Part shown: one piece after another, positions 49,018 to 59,517 of the stretch
How the letters are laid out: every line of letters starts with the position of its first letter
Position numbering within the stretch: position 1 is the stretch's first letter
NCBI GenBank assembly: GCA_035325445.1
Contig: DAOKZW010000002.1
Location: forward strand, 5,826 to 69,825
Source of the DNA: Flavobacteriales bacterium
GTDB lineage: Bacteria; Bacteroidota; Bacteroidia; Flavobacteriales_F; PHOS-HE28
Direction: 5' to 3'
Length of the DNA stretch: 64,000 nt
Notes under the pieces: generated by a model
The model's database searches: none
Seen by the model: the letters and a program-made list of their open reading frames with translations, nothing else
What the model was told of the DNA's origin: nothing
Made by a program: the position numbers and the translations under genes

Positions 49018-51041
49018 GCCAACTGCTTCAAGATCTTCTTCAGCGCCGCATCCGTTTCCCGCGCCTCGGCCTCAATGGCCTCCAGTTCCTGCACCAGCTC
49101 GGGGATGGGCCGGTAGCTGGTGGCCTCGCCGGTGTGGATGTAGCGGCTGGGCGAGAGGTTGTAGTCGCTCAGTTCGGCCAGTGGCACAATGCGGCTGAGC
49201 TTCTCCTCCTCCTTCCACCCGAGCATCACGTCCGCAATGCGGTCAATGTGCTCGGGCGCCAGGAAGTTCTTGGGCTTGCCCTTCTCGAAGAGCTGGCCGG
49301 CGTTCACCAGCAGCACCTTGCCCTGGCGGGCTGCCGGCTTGGCCCTGCGCAGGAAGAGCACGATGCCCGGCGCGGTGGTGTTGTAGAAGAGGTTGTCCGG
49401 CAGGTAGAGCACGCTCTCCACCAGGTCGTTATCCACGAACCACTTGCGTACCTCGCGCTCCTTGCTGTGGCCATCGTTGCCGCTGCCGCGGCTGGCGGCG
49501 CCGGTATCCAGCACCACGGCGGCGCGGCCGGTCGGCTTCAGGCTAGAGAAGATGTGCTGCGCCCAGCCCCAGTCCGCACTGGCCTTTCCGGGGAAGCCCG
49601 CGCCGGTGGGGAAGCGGTCCAGCTCGTCGTTGGCGTAATCGGCCTCGGTGAACCAATCCTGGTTCCACATGGGGTTGGCCACCACGCGGTCGAAGGTCTT
49701 CAGCCGCCCACGCTCGCGGAACTTGGGGTTCTTGAAGGTGTCGCCGATCTCGATCTGGCCCTGCATGTCATGGATGATCATGTTCATGTTGGCCATGGCC
49801 CAGGTCTCGGCGATGTATTCCTGGCCGTAGAGGCGGAGGGGCGCGTACTTCGGCATGGCAGGCATTCCTGGGCCGGCGGACATTCCTGGGCCGGCGGACA
49901 TTCCTGGGTCGGCGGACATTCCTGTCCGCCCGGTACCGTGTGGCGGACTGAAAAGTCCGCCTACCGAATATGTGGTGCCGCCATCCTTCATGCGCGCCTC
50001 CAATGCGATCTCGCATTTGATCAGCAGGCCGCCGCTGCCGCAGCAGGGGTCGTACACCTCCATGCCGGGCTCGCATTCCAGCACGCGGGCCATCACCTCG
50101 CCCACTTCGCCGGGGGTGTAGAACTCGCCCGCGCTCTGCCCGCCGCCCTCGGCGAACTTGCGGATGAGGTACTCGTAGCTCTTGCCGATGATGTCGGCCT
50201 CCACATCGTTGAGGCCAAGGCGCTTGGTGCTGATGGCCTCGATGAGGTTGCTGAGGCGGTCGTCGGCCAGGTCGCGCTGGCCGTGGGTAGTGGCGTTGAA
50301 GTCCACGCGGTCGATGATGCCCTGCAGCAGCGGGTTGGCCTTGGCCACTTCGCGCAGGTGGGTGGTGAGCTGCTCGCCGATCTTGTCGCTGAGGGTGCGG
50401 ACCACGCTCCACACGGGCTGCTCGGGGTCGGCGGGTTCCAGCGGCAGGTAGAAGCGCACGAGCTTCCTATCGGCTTTTACCAGCCGGAAGGCCTTGGCGC
50501 GGGATCCCACCTCGGCGGCGATGCGGTCCAGCTCATCATCGAACACGTCGCACAGCCGCTTGGTGAAGATGAGCGGCAGGATGTAGTCCTTGTATTTGGG
50601 GGCATCCTTGGCGCCCCGGATGGAGCAGGCGGCATCCCAGATCCAGGTCTCGAGGGATTTGTCGGGGGTGGGCTTGGCAGCCTTCTTCGGGCGGCCGGTC
50701 TTGGTTTTTTCGGCGGGGTCGGGGTCGGTCTTCGCGGACCGGGAGGTCCGCGGGCTCGGTTTGTGGGCGACTTCCTTATCCCCGTCCTGCGCGGACCGGG
50801 AGGTCCGCGGACCGGAGGCTTCCTTTTCCGCGGTCTGCGAGGACCGCGGACCGAGTTTGATGCTGCCGCCTCGCCCGCGCCCGAGGGCGATGGCGCCTTC
50901 GGCGAGGAGCTCGGCTTTTAAGCTTTCGTAGGTGGGCTCGTCCACATCCAGCAGCTCGCGGGCCTTTCCATTACCCAAGCTGGGCGTTTCAGCCAGTAGG
51001 GCGAGCAGGGCTTCCTTGCGGTTGGTATTCTCTTCGGTCAT
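49014..51041 (-). CDS. hsdM: type I restriction-modification N6-adenine DNA methyltransferase HsdM carrying two in-frame REP insertions
   Basis: Motif I VYDPCCGSGGLLIK, FYTPGEVGEVMARVL, motif IV variant VVANPMWNQ, C-terminal HsdM helical region. Continuous 675-aa ORF. Inserts are GGLFSPPHGTGRTGMSADPGMSAGPGMSAGPGMPAMP and the N-terminal region EKEASGPRTSRSAQ ... SPRTSRSAKTDPDP. Confidence 0.85.
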   Translation of the reverse strand: MTEENTNRKEALLALLAETPSLGNGKARELLDVDEPTYESLKAELLAEGAIALGRGRGGSIKLGPRSSQTAEKEASGPRTSRSAQDGDKEVAHKPSPRTSRSAKTDPDPAEKTKTGRPKKAAKPTPDKSLETWIWDAACSIRGAKDAPKYKDYILPLIFTKRLCDVFDDELDRIAAEVGSRAKAFRLVKADRKLVRFYLPLEPADPEQPVWSVVRTLSDKIGEQLTTHLREVAKANPLLQGIIDRVDFNATTHGQRDLADDRLSNLIEAISTKRLGLNDVEADIIGKSYEYLIRKFAEGGGQSAGEFYTPGEVGEVMARVLECEPGMEVYDPCCGSGGLLIKCEIALEARMKDGGTTYSVGGLFSPPHGTGRTGMSADPGMSAGPGMSAGPGMPAMPKYAPLRLYGQEYIAETWAMANMNMIIHDMQGQIEIGDTFKNPKFRERGRLKTFDRVVANPMWNQDWFTEADYANDELDRFPTGAGFPGKASADWGWAQHIFSSLKPTGRAAVVLDTGAASRGSGNDGHSKEREVRKWFVDNDLVESVLYLPDNLFYNTTAPGIVLFLRRAKPAARQGKVLLVNAGQLFEKGKPKNFLAPEHIDRIADVMLGWKEEEKLSRIVPLAELSDYNLSPSRYIHTGEATSYRPIPELVQELEAIEAEARETDAALKKILKQLA
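49855..49961. repeat. REP-like element (inside hsdM, in-frame): 3.5 x 18-bp GGCGGACATTCCTGGGCC units plus two hairpins
   Basis: ggcggacattcctgggcc x3, GGCGGACATTCCTGTCCGCC, GGCGGACTGAAAAGTCCGCC. Same family as the hsdR copies. Confidence 0.8.
50734..50846. repeat. REP-like triple hairpin (inside hsdM 5' region, in-frame)
   Basis: GCGGACCGGGAGGTCCGC at 50734-50751 and 50791-50808, GCGGTCTGCGAGGACCGC at 50829-50846. Confidence 0.7.
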
Positions 51042-51235
51042 TCAGCCGATGAAAATAGGGGAATCGGGGTAAACGTGCGGAGTTCGGAGGCAGTTGGCAG
51101 CGGGCAATCGTCGGGGCCCGCAAACCACAAACCAACCTTCTCGCCGAACACAACTGACAGCCCTGCCTGATCAAAGATCGCTTCGGCCGCAAGGCCGGCC
51201 TCGCGATGACGTGCCGCAGGCGCGAGGGAGTGCCG

Positions 51236-51280
51236 CCCTACGAACTACGCCCTACGAACTACGAACTCCGAACCCCGAAC
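51236..51280. repeat. short tandem repeat (CCCTACGAACTACG / CGAACTMCG units) upstream of the hsdM operon
   Basis: ccctacgaactacg ccctacgaactacgaactccgaaccccgaac read directly. Lies between the rluD stop (51288) and the hsdM start (51041). Confidence 0.6.
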
Positions 51281-51287
51281 TAAAAAC

Positions 51288-52352
51288 CTACTCCTCCTCC
51301 AACGGCCTCGCATTCGTGTACACCCGCCAGCGTTCCAGCACGGCTTGCATGTCGGCGGGGAGCGGGCTTTCGAATTTCATGCGCTTGCCCGTGGCCGGGT
51401 GGTCGATCTCCAATAGGTACGCGTGCAGGGCCTGCCGGGGCAGCAGCTCGAAGCAGTTCTCCACGAAGCGCTTGTATTTGGTGAAGACCGTGCCCTTGAG
51501 CACGCGGTCGCCGCCGTAGTGGGCATCGTTGAAAAGCGGATGGCTGATGTGCCTCATGTGCGCCCGGATCTGGTGGGTGCGGCCGGTCTCCAGCTTGCAC
51601 TCCACCAAGGTGACGTAGGTGAAGCGCTCCAGCACTTTCCAGTGGGTGATGGCGGGTTTCCCCTGTTCGGGGTCCTGGGGCACGGCCATCACGGTGCGGT
51701 CCTTGGGCGAGCGGTCCAGGTTGCCCTCAATGGTGCCCGCATCCTCCTCAAAGTCACCCCAGACCAGGGCCTGGTAGCGGCGGTCGTTGCTGCGCACGTA
51801 GAATTGATGCGCCAAGTGGGCGAGCGCATCGTCGGTCTTGCCGATCACCATCACGCCACTGGTATCCTTGTCCAGGCGGTGCACCAGTCCGGGGCGCGGC
51901 ACGGGCTGGTTGGGCGCGGACGGCAGCTTGCCGAAGTGGTAGAGCAGGGCGTTGACGAGCGTGCCCGTCCAGTTGCCATGGCCGGGGTGCACCACAAGCC
52001 CGGGCTGCTTGTTGATCACCAGGATCTGGTCGTCCTCGTACAGCACTTCCAGCGGGATGTCCTCCGGAATGAGCTCTACTTCGCGCACGGGCTGGGGCAG
52101 CACCACGGTGACCACGTCGCGGGGCTTCACCTTGTAGCTGGGCTTCTCGGGCTTGTCGTTGACGAGCACGTTGCTGTTGCGGATGGCTGCGGCCACGCGT
52201 GTGCGCGAGGCACCGGCCATGCGCTCCGCCAGGAATTTGTCCAGGCGCATGAGTCCTTGGCCGGGGTCGGCCACGATGCGGTGGTGCTCGTAGAGTTCCT
52301 CGCCGGCCTCAGAAACCTCGTCCACCGGTTGTTCGTTCTTGTTGCTCATCAC
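51288..52352 (-). CDS. rluD: 23S rRNA pseudouridine synthase, RluA/RluD family
   Basis: S4-like N-terminal domain (RLDKFLAERM) and catalytic motif HRLDKDTSGVMVIGK with conserved Asp. Confidence 0.85.
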   Translation of the reverse strand: MMSNKNEQPVDEVSEAGEELYEHHRIVADPGQGLMRLDKFLAERMAGASRTRVAAAIRNSNVLVNDKPEKPSYKVKPRDVVTVVLPQPVREVELIPEDIPLEVLYEDDQILVINKQPGLVVHPGHGNWTGTLVNALLYHFGKLPSAPNQPVPRPGLVHRLDKDTSGVMVIGKTDDALAHLAHQFYVRSNDRRYQALVWGDFEEDAGTIEGNLDRSPKDRTVMAVPQDPEQGKPAITHWKVLERFTYVTLVECKLETGRTHQIRAHMRHISHPLFNDAHYGGDRVLKGTVFTKYKRFVENCFELLPRQALHAYLLEIDHPATGKRMKFESPLPADMQAVLERWRVYTNARPLEEE

Positions 52353-54613
52353 CGCTGCACGACCAGGCGCACCTGGCCGATGGTTTCACCGGCACGGCCC
52401 GTGGCACGTGCGATGTACAGGCCGGGCGCCACGTCCGACACGGACAGTGCTCCTTCCACGGAAGCCCATTGCTTCACCACGCGGCCCATGGGGTCGATCA
52501 GCTCCATGCGTGCCGAGGCCGGAAGGCCCGTTCCCACGCGGAAGGCATCGCCCGCAGGGTTGGGGTACACCATGAACCCGGTGGAGGCTTCCTGTTCGTC
52601 CACGCCCGCAAAGGGGTCCACGGCGGCCACCATCACGGGGCGGATCATCCAGGAGGCCTGCTGCCCGGACACCGACCAGTTCTGGCCGACCCTGTAGTAC
52701 ATCTTGTCCTGGTTGTTCCGATTCTTGTCCATGCCCAGGTTCATCTGCACGGCGTTGGTCTGCACCCAGCCCACGTAGAAGGTGCCATCCACGGGCACCA
52801 CGCTGTCCAGCTCATACTCCACGAAGTGGTCGGGGCCCCACATCCTGTACTCGGGTTTGCTGAAGGAGACGTTCTGGTGGATGATCACCTCGGGTGTGAG
52901 GCTCTTCCAGATGGTGATGATGAAGGACCCGTTGGGCGGATAGTTCACCGGCGGCGGGTTGTAGGTGAAGATGGGCGCGAAGTACATCCGCAGCGCCCGC
53001 AGCGAATCGCTGCCCTGGGTATCGAAGCGATAGGCCTGCGCGGCCCCGGCGGCGTTCAGGCTGTAACCGGCCTCGGCGCTGCCATCGTCGTAGCTGTAGT
53101 AGTTGCTGATCTCCTGCACGTAGCGCATGGTGTCGTTGTAGGCGCATACGTCGGGCGTGGCGTTGGTCCAGAAGGTGGTGGTGAGGAAGGCGGCGTCCGC
53201 GCACCCTGATACATCGTACACCAGCGGGTTGGCCCCGCTGTTGACCGGGTGCACGCTGTTGAAGTCAGAGAAGGCGTTGTTGCTGATGTTGTTGCCGTAG
53301 CCGCCGCGCGTGGCCGTCCAGCCGCAATCCGAGGATACCTCGTAGCCCCAGGTGATGAACTTGTCCACCAGGTCGTTGTTGCGCTGTTCCAAATTCACCT
53401 CGGCCGCCATGTACCCGGCGGGCGATTGGATGAACTTGTTGAAGGGCACCGACGTGTAGCTCTGCAGCAGGCCGGCCTGCTGGTATAGGAAGGCCACATC
53501 CTGCAGCACGGTATCGGTATAGGTGCGGTTGCGGTCGAGGCGCACATAATCGACGTGCCATTGGTCCACCATGCCCCCGAGGGTGGCATCGTTGCGGAAG
53601 CGCATGCGGAAGTTGTTCTTCAGGAACCGCTCTTCCGCGATGGGCACCATCACTTGGCGGAATACGTCGGGCGCGGCCGTGCCGGGGCTTGCCCACACTT
53701 GGTACCACTTCTGCTCCTGCGGGGCGAAGAGGTCCAGATACAGGCTGTCCTCGGCATGGGCCAGGTCGTCGCCGCTGAGGCCGATGGGCTCGCAGAAGAA
53801 GCTGAGGTAGATGCTGTCGCCGGCCGGATAGGCCAGGTTGATGGGCACCGAGGTGAGCTTGTCGGCCGGGCCGTTCACATTGGGGTTCAGCGGGTCGTAG
53901 GGCCACCCGGTGCGGTCCATGCCGTCCAGCGTGGCCACGCCGATGGTGGGCGGGTTGACCGGGAAGCTGTTGTTCACGTAGGCATCATCGTCCTCCCACA
54001 GGATCCACGGGCGCGTGGAGTTGTCCGGGTTGATGTACAGGCGCGGATCGGGATCCACGGTATAGACCAGCAGGGAGTCCTGCAGCAGGTTGGGCTCCAG
54101 CGCCAAGGTGTCGGTGGAGGTGGTGCCCACGGTGTCGATCAGCGTGTAGGGCGGCCACACATACATGCTCTGCTCGGTGGGCGGGTACACGTTCAGGTCG
54201 CGCATGATGGCCACGATGGCGGGGTTGGGCAGCACCTGGATGATCAGGGTGTCATCCTCCACTTGGAAGATGTAGTGGTAGGTGGTATCGGCCAGGTAGG
54301 CCATGTCCGGCGTGCTCACGCCCCCCACCTCGATCCGGTAGATGGTCTCCGAGTAGTGCACGTCCGCATCGCCGTGCTGCGCGTTGCGGTGGCGCGTGCG
54401 GTCCACGGAAAAGTCGTCGACCACGGGCAGTGTCTGCGGCGCGTTGTTGTACAGGAACACCTCGTTCGGCCCGCCCGCCTTGTGCATGGCCGGCGGATTG
54501 TCCGGGCGGGGCACCACGCCCAGCGGGGTAACGATCTCCTGGGCAAAAAGCGCCGGGGCCGACAAGGCCATGGCCAGCCCCAACAACTTCCGGTAGCTAT
54601 GCGTTCCCTTCAT
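52349..54613 (-). CDS. large secreted protein with T9SS C-terminal sorting domain (function unknown)
   Basis: Signal peptide MKGTHSYRKLLGLAMALSAPALFAQ (start set at CAT 54611-54613). C-terminal FMVYPNPAGDAFRVG ... GLYIARATG is a T9SS tail. Confidence 0.7.
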   Translation of the reverse strand: MKGTHSYRKLLGLAMALSAPALFAQEIVTPLGVVPRPDNPPAMHKAGGPNEVFLYNNAPQTLPVVDDFSVDRTRHRNAQHGDADVHYSETIYRIEVGGVSTPDMAYLADTTYHYIFQVEDDTLIIQVLPNPAIVAIMRDLNVYPPTEQSMYVWPPYTLIDTVGTTSTDTLALEPNLLQDSLLVYTVDPDPRLYINPDNSTRPWILWEDDDAYVNNSFPVNPPTIGVATLDGMDRTGWPYDPLNPNVNGPADKLTSVPINLAYPAGDSIYLSFFCEPIGLSGDDLAHAEDSLYLDLFAPQEQKWYQVWASPGTAAPDVFRQVMVPIAEERFLKNNFRMRFRNDATLGGMVDQWHVDYVRLDRNRTYTDTVLQDVAFLYQQAGLLQSYTSVPFNKFIQSPAGYMAAEVNLEQRNNDLVDKFITWGYEVSSDCGWTATRGGYGNNISNNAFSDFNSVHPVNSGANPLVYDVSGCADAAFLTTTFWTNATPDVCAYNDTMRYVQEISNYYSYDDGSAEAGYSLNAAGAAQAYRFDTQGSDSLRALRMYFAPIFTYNPPPVNYPPNGSFIITIWKSLTPEVIIHQNVSFSKPEYRMWGPDHFVEYELDSVVPVDGTFYVGWVQTNAVQMNLGMDKNRNNQDKMYYRVGQNWSVSGQQASWMIRPVMVAAVDPFAGVDEQEASTGFMVYPNPAGDAFRVGTGLPASARMELIDPMGRVVKQWASVEGALSVSDVAPGLYIARATGRAGETIGQVRLVVQR

Positions 54614-54627
54614 GCTCCTTTTCTGCT

Positions 54628-55401
54628 TCAAGGCTCTTCGGGCGTTTGCTCCAAGGTAAGCCATACATCGACCATACCTCCCGGGCTTATCCAATCCTCG
54701 GGGCCGGCCGCCGGAAACTGGCGCACCACCGTGGCCAACGCCGTGTCGCACCCGTTATTGCCGCAACCCTTCACCTCCACCACCAGGCCCAGCTTCAGCG
54801 AAGAAAGGGCCAGCACTTCCTTCATTTCCTGGAAACCCATGCCGCGCAGGTCGGGCACGGGGATCTGCTCCCCCTTCTGGCCTTGGCCCAGCACCAAGGT
54901 GATGGCCTCCCCCTTGCGGATGCGGCCATCCGGCGGGATGGGCTGCCCCTTGTACAGTTGGGCCACCACGCAATCGAAGCAGGGGTCGGGACGGTACTCC
55001 ACCTTTTCCACCTTCAGGCCCAAGATCTCCATCACGCTCATGGCCTGTCGTTTGCTCAGGCTCACCAGGTCGGGCATGTTCAGCATCTTGGGTTGGCTGG
55101 CGTTCATCACCAGGTACACCGTGCGCTCGGGCTTCACGTACTTGCCCGCCCGGGGGTCCTGCTCCACCACGGCCCCCTTGGCCGCCTCATCGCTGTACAC
55201 CGAATCAACCACCTCCGGCTTCAGGCCCAAGGCTTCCAAGGCCTGCGTGGCCTCCTCGAAGGACATGGCCTTCACATCGGGCACCTGCACCTGTTGGTTG
55301 TGCCGCGTGTAGGTACCCAACCACGCCCAGGCCCCCAGCACCACCAAGGCGGCGGTCAGCAGGGGCGCGAGGAAAAGAAGAAAGCGCTTACCGGATGTCA
55401 T
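54628..55401 (-). CDS. PASTA domain-containing membrane protein
   Basis: N-terminal TM, then three PASTA-like repeats (VPDVKAMSFEEATQALEALGL ..., MPDLVSLSKRQAMSVMEILGL ..., VPDLRGMGFQEMKEVLALSSL ...). Confidence 0.75.
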   Translation of the reverse strand: MTSGKRFLLFLAPLLTAALVVLGAWAWLGTYTRHNQQVQVPDVKAMSFEEATQALEALGLKPEVVDSVYSDEAAKGAVVEQDPRAGKYVKPERTVYLVMNASQPKMLNMPDLVSLSKRQAMSVMEILGLKVEKVEYRPDPCFDCVVAQLYKGQPIPPDGRIRKGEAITLVLGQGQKGEQIPVPDLRGMGFQEMKEVLALSSLKLGLVVEVKGCGNNGCDTALATVVRQFPAAGPEDWISPGGMVDVWLTLEQTPEEP

Positions 55402-55574
55402 CCATAGTGCTGCGCGCCGAGCGGCGCACGTTGCAGCGAGGCGCGAATATAGTTCCGCCCTTCGGCTCCGCTTCGCACCAACCCGGGGATCAACAGTGCG
55501 CCGTTGGCACTTCGGACAGGAGGGCCGCCCGCGTGCCTTCGCACCGGGCCAATTTTGGGCACAAGCCCTTGCCC

Positions 55575-56570
55575 ATGCCCCTGCCCTTCATTGCCGTCAT
55601 GCGCGGCGGATATACCGGTGAGTCCGTCATCAGCATGCAGAGCGCCGACAACATGATGGCCGCCATCGATACCGGCCGGTATGATGCGGTGTTCGTGACC
55701 GTGGAACGCGGCGCCTGGACCTGCCTCCGCACCGATGGCACCCCGCTGCCTTTTGACCGCGGCAACTTCACCGCCGACCGCGGCCACGGGCATGAACGGT
55801 TCGCGGCCGCGCTGATCGCCGTGCACGGCACCCCCGGCGAGGACGGCAAGCTGCAGGGCTACCTGGACATGCTGGGCGTGCCCTACCAGACCGGCGGCGT
55901 GCTCAACATGGCGCTCACCATGAGCAAGTACAGCACCGTGAGCCTGCTGCGCCAGATGGGCTTCGCCGTGGCACCCTCCTTGCGCCTGTACAAGGGCATG
56001 CCCGATGCGGCCGGCCGGGTGGCCCGCGAGATCGGCTTCCCCTGCTTCGTGAAGCCCGATACCAGCGGCAGCAGCCTGGGCATGAGCAAAGTGAAGACCG
56101 CCGACGAACTGCCCGCCGCCCTGGAAAAGGCCTTCGCCGAGGATGCCATCATCATGTGCGAGAAGGCCGTCACCGGCCGCGAGCTCACCTGCGGCGTGCT
56201 GCGGCTGAACGGCCAAGTGCAGGCCCTGCCCGTGTGTGAGATCCGTACCAGCCGCGAGTTCTTCGACTACGAGGCGAAATATCATGCCGCCGACACGCAA
56301 GAGCTAGTTCCGGCTCCCATCCCGGACGAGATCGCGGAGATCGTCCAGCGCCGCTCCGAAACCATCTACACCGCCATGGACTGCGACGGCATGGTGCGCA
56401 TCGATAATTTCTGGCTTGAAGGACAAGGCGACGGCAAGCAGGTGGTCACCATCGAGATCAACACCGTGCCGGGCTTCACCGCCGCCAGCATATACCCCCG
56501 CATGCTCAAGGCGGCGGGCATCACGGTCGGGCAGGTGGTGAACGGGCTGCTGGTGGGGCTACTGAAGTAA
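55575..56570 (+). CDS. ddl: D-alanine--D-alanine ligase
   Basis: N-terminal MPLPFIAVMRGGYTGESVIS, ATP-grasp motifs FVKPDTSGSSLGMS and EINTVPGFT. ATG at 55575; track ORF from 55395 is an over-extension. Confidence 0.85.
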   Translation: MPLPFIAVMRGGYTGESVISMQSADNMMAAIDTGRYDAVFVTVERGAWTCLRTDGTPLPFDRGNFTADRGHGHERFAAALIAVHGTPGEDGKLQGYLDMLGVPYQTGGVLNMALTMSKYSTVSLLRQMGFAVAPSLRLYKGMPDAAGRVAREIGFPCFVKPDTSGSSLGMSKVKTADELPAALEKAFAEDAIIMCEKAVTGRELTCGVLRLNGQVQALPVCEIRTSREFFDYEAKYHAADTQELVPAPIPDEIAEIVQRRSETIYTAMDCDGMVRIDNFWLEGQGDGKQVVTIEINTVPGFTAASIYPRMLKAAGITVGQVVNGLLVGLLK

Positions 56571-56581
56571 GCTCCTCGCTC

Positions 56582-57160
56582 CTATCCCCGCTCGGCGAGG
56601 AAGCGCGCCAGTTTCCACACGGCGTGGCTCCGGTGGCTGATGGCATTCTTCGTCTCCGCGGGCAGCTCCCCGAAGGTGAATTCACTGGACTCCGGCATGA
56701 ACACCGGATCGTAGCCGAAGCCGTTGGTGCCCCGCGCCTCCAAAGCGATGCGGCCTTGCACCTCGCCCTCGAACAGGTGCTCCCCTTCTCCATCCACCAA
56801 AGCGATCACCGTGCGGAAGCGCGCCCTGCGGTCAGCCACGCCCTCCAACTCGCGCAGCAGCTTGGCCACGTTGGCCTTGTCATCCTTTTCCGGCCCCGCA
56901 TAGAAAGCGGTGTCCACGCCCGGTGCGCCGCCCAAGGCCTCCACCTCCAGACCGGAGTCATCGGCAATGGCGGGAAGACCGCTTTCCTGAAACCCCAACC
57001 GCGCCTTCTGCAAGGCGTTCTCAGCGAAGGTCCGCCCGGTCTCGGGCAGGTCCTTCGGCAAGTTGAAGTCGGCCAAGGTGGCCAGCTCGATGCCGGGCGG
57101 CAACAGCTCGCGGATCTCTTTCACCTTGCCGGGGTTGCCGGAGCAGAGGAGGTAGCGCAT
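56582..57160 (-). CDS. rdgB: RdgB/HAM1 non-canonical purine NTP pyrophosphatase
   Basis: MRYLLCSGNPGKVKE at the N-terminus, plus FGYDPVF and NAISHRSHA motifs. Confidence 0.8.
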   Translation of the reverse strand: MRYLLCSGNPGKVKEIRELLPPGIELATLADFNLPKDLPETGRTFAENALQKARLGFQESGLPAIADDSGLEVEALGGAPGVDTAFYAGPEKDDKANVAKLLRELEGVADRRARFRTVIALVDGEGEHLFEGEVQGRIALEARGTNGFGYDPVFMPESSEFTFGELPAETKNAISHRSHAVWKLARFLAERG

Positions 57161-57274
57161 GGGGGTTGGATCAGGCTCGCGAAGGAACGACAAGGGGCGG
57201 ATCCGCGCCAACCCGCAGGGCCTTGGGACAGGGCTACATGAGAATTAGGCATCTTTGCGCCCCTGCCCCACCCC

Positions 57275-58339
57275 ATGGGAAAAACGATCCTGATCACCGG
57301 AGGCGCCGGCTTTGTCGGTTCCAGCTTGGCGCTGCACCTGAAGGGCAGGGCCCCGCAGGACCGGGTGATCGCCTTGGACAACCTGAAGCGGCGCGGGAGC
57401 GAGCTGAACCTGCCCCGGCTGAAGGCCGCTGGCGTGGAGTACGTGCATGGCGACGTGCGCAACCCGGGCGACATCGTCGGCCTTCCGGCCTTCGACGTGC
57501 TGCTGGAATGCTCGGCGGAACCCTCTGTGCTGGCCGGGTACGGCGGCGACACGCGCTACGTGGTGGACACCAACCTGGTGGGCACGGTGAACTGCCTGGA
57601 GGCCGCCGCAAGGCATAAGGCCGCCATCGTTTTCCTGAGCACCAGCAGGGTCTATCCCATCGACCCCATCAACCGCCTGTGCGTGGAGGGGGAGAACGGG
57701 TTCGCCATTGATGAAGGCCAGGGCGTGCCGGGTGCCTCCGCGAAGGGCATCGCGGAACAGTTCCCGCTCGGCGGGGTGCGTTCGCTGTACGGCGCCACCA
57801 AGCTGGCCAGCGAGCTGCTGATCGCGGAATACGCGGCCATGCACGGCTTGCCGGCGGTGATCAACCGCTGCGGCGTGATCGCGGGCCCTTGGCAGATGGG
57901 CAAGACCGACCAAGGCTTCGCCCTGCTGTGGATCGCACGCCACCACTGGGGACTGCCCCTGAGCTACATCGGCTTCGGCGGCCGCGGGTCGCAGGTGCGC
58001 GACATGCTGCACGTGGACGACCTCTGCGACCTCATCAACCTCCAGCTCGAAGGGATGGACCGCGTGAAAGGCATGACCTTCAACGTGGGGGGCGGGCCCG
58101 CCAACAGCCTTTCCCTGCGCGGATTCACCGAATTGGCTGCCGCCACCACCGGCCGGAAGATCAACGTGGGCAGCGACCCCAACGACCGGCCCGGCGACCT
58201 GAAACTTTATATCACGGACAACGCCTTGATCACCGCCACCACCGGCTGGGCCCCGCAGCGGGACCTGCCTACCCTCTTCGCCGATGCGCACCGATGGCTG
58301 ACCGAACACGAGGACGAACTCCGACCCATCCTGACCTGA
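57275..58339 (+). CDS. NAD-dependent sugar epimerase/dehydratase
   Basis: [18 protein letters not shown] Rossmann motif; extended SDR. Confidence 0.8.
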   Translation: MGKTILITGGAGFVGSSLALHLKGRAPQDRVIALDNLKRRGSELNLPRLKAAGVEYVHGDVRNPGDIVGLPAFDVLLECSAEPSVLAGYGGDTRYVVDTNLVGTVNCLEAAARHKAAIVFLSTSRVYPIDPINRLCVEGENGFAIDEGQGVPGASAKGIAEQFPLGGVRSLYGATKLASELLIAEYAAMHGLPAVINRCGVIAGPWQMGKTDQGFALLWIARHHWGLPLSYIGFGGRGSQVRDMLHVDDLCDLINLQLEGMDRVKGMTFNVGGGPANSLSLRGFTELAAATTGRKINVGSDPNDRPGDLKLYITDNALITATTGWAPQRDLPTLFADAHRWLTEHEDELRPILT

Positions 58340-58343
58340 ACCC

Positions 58344-59408
<1,065 letters not shown>

Positions 59409-59517
59409 GGCTGCGGACGCCACTTCGGGCACAACCGTATTTTTACCCGCTGACCGCGGCCTCCAAGCCGGGCCCAAGCGATCGGGCCGCAACAAGGCCG
59501 TGCATCCACCAAGCTCC

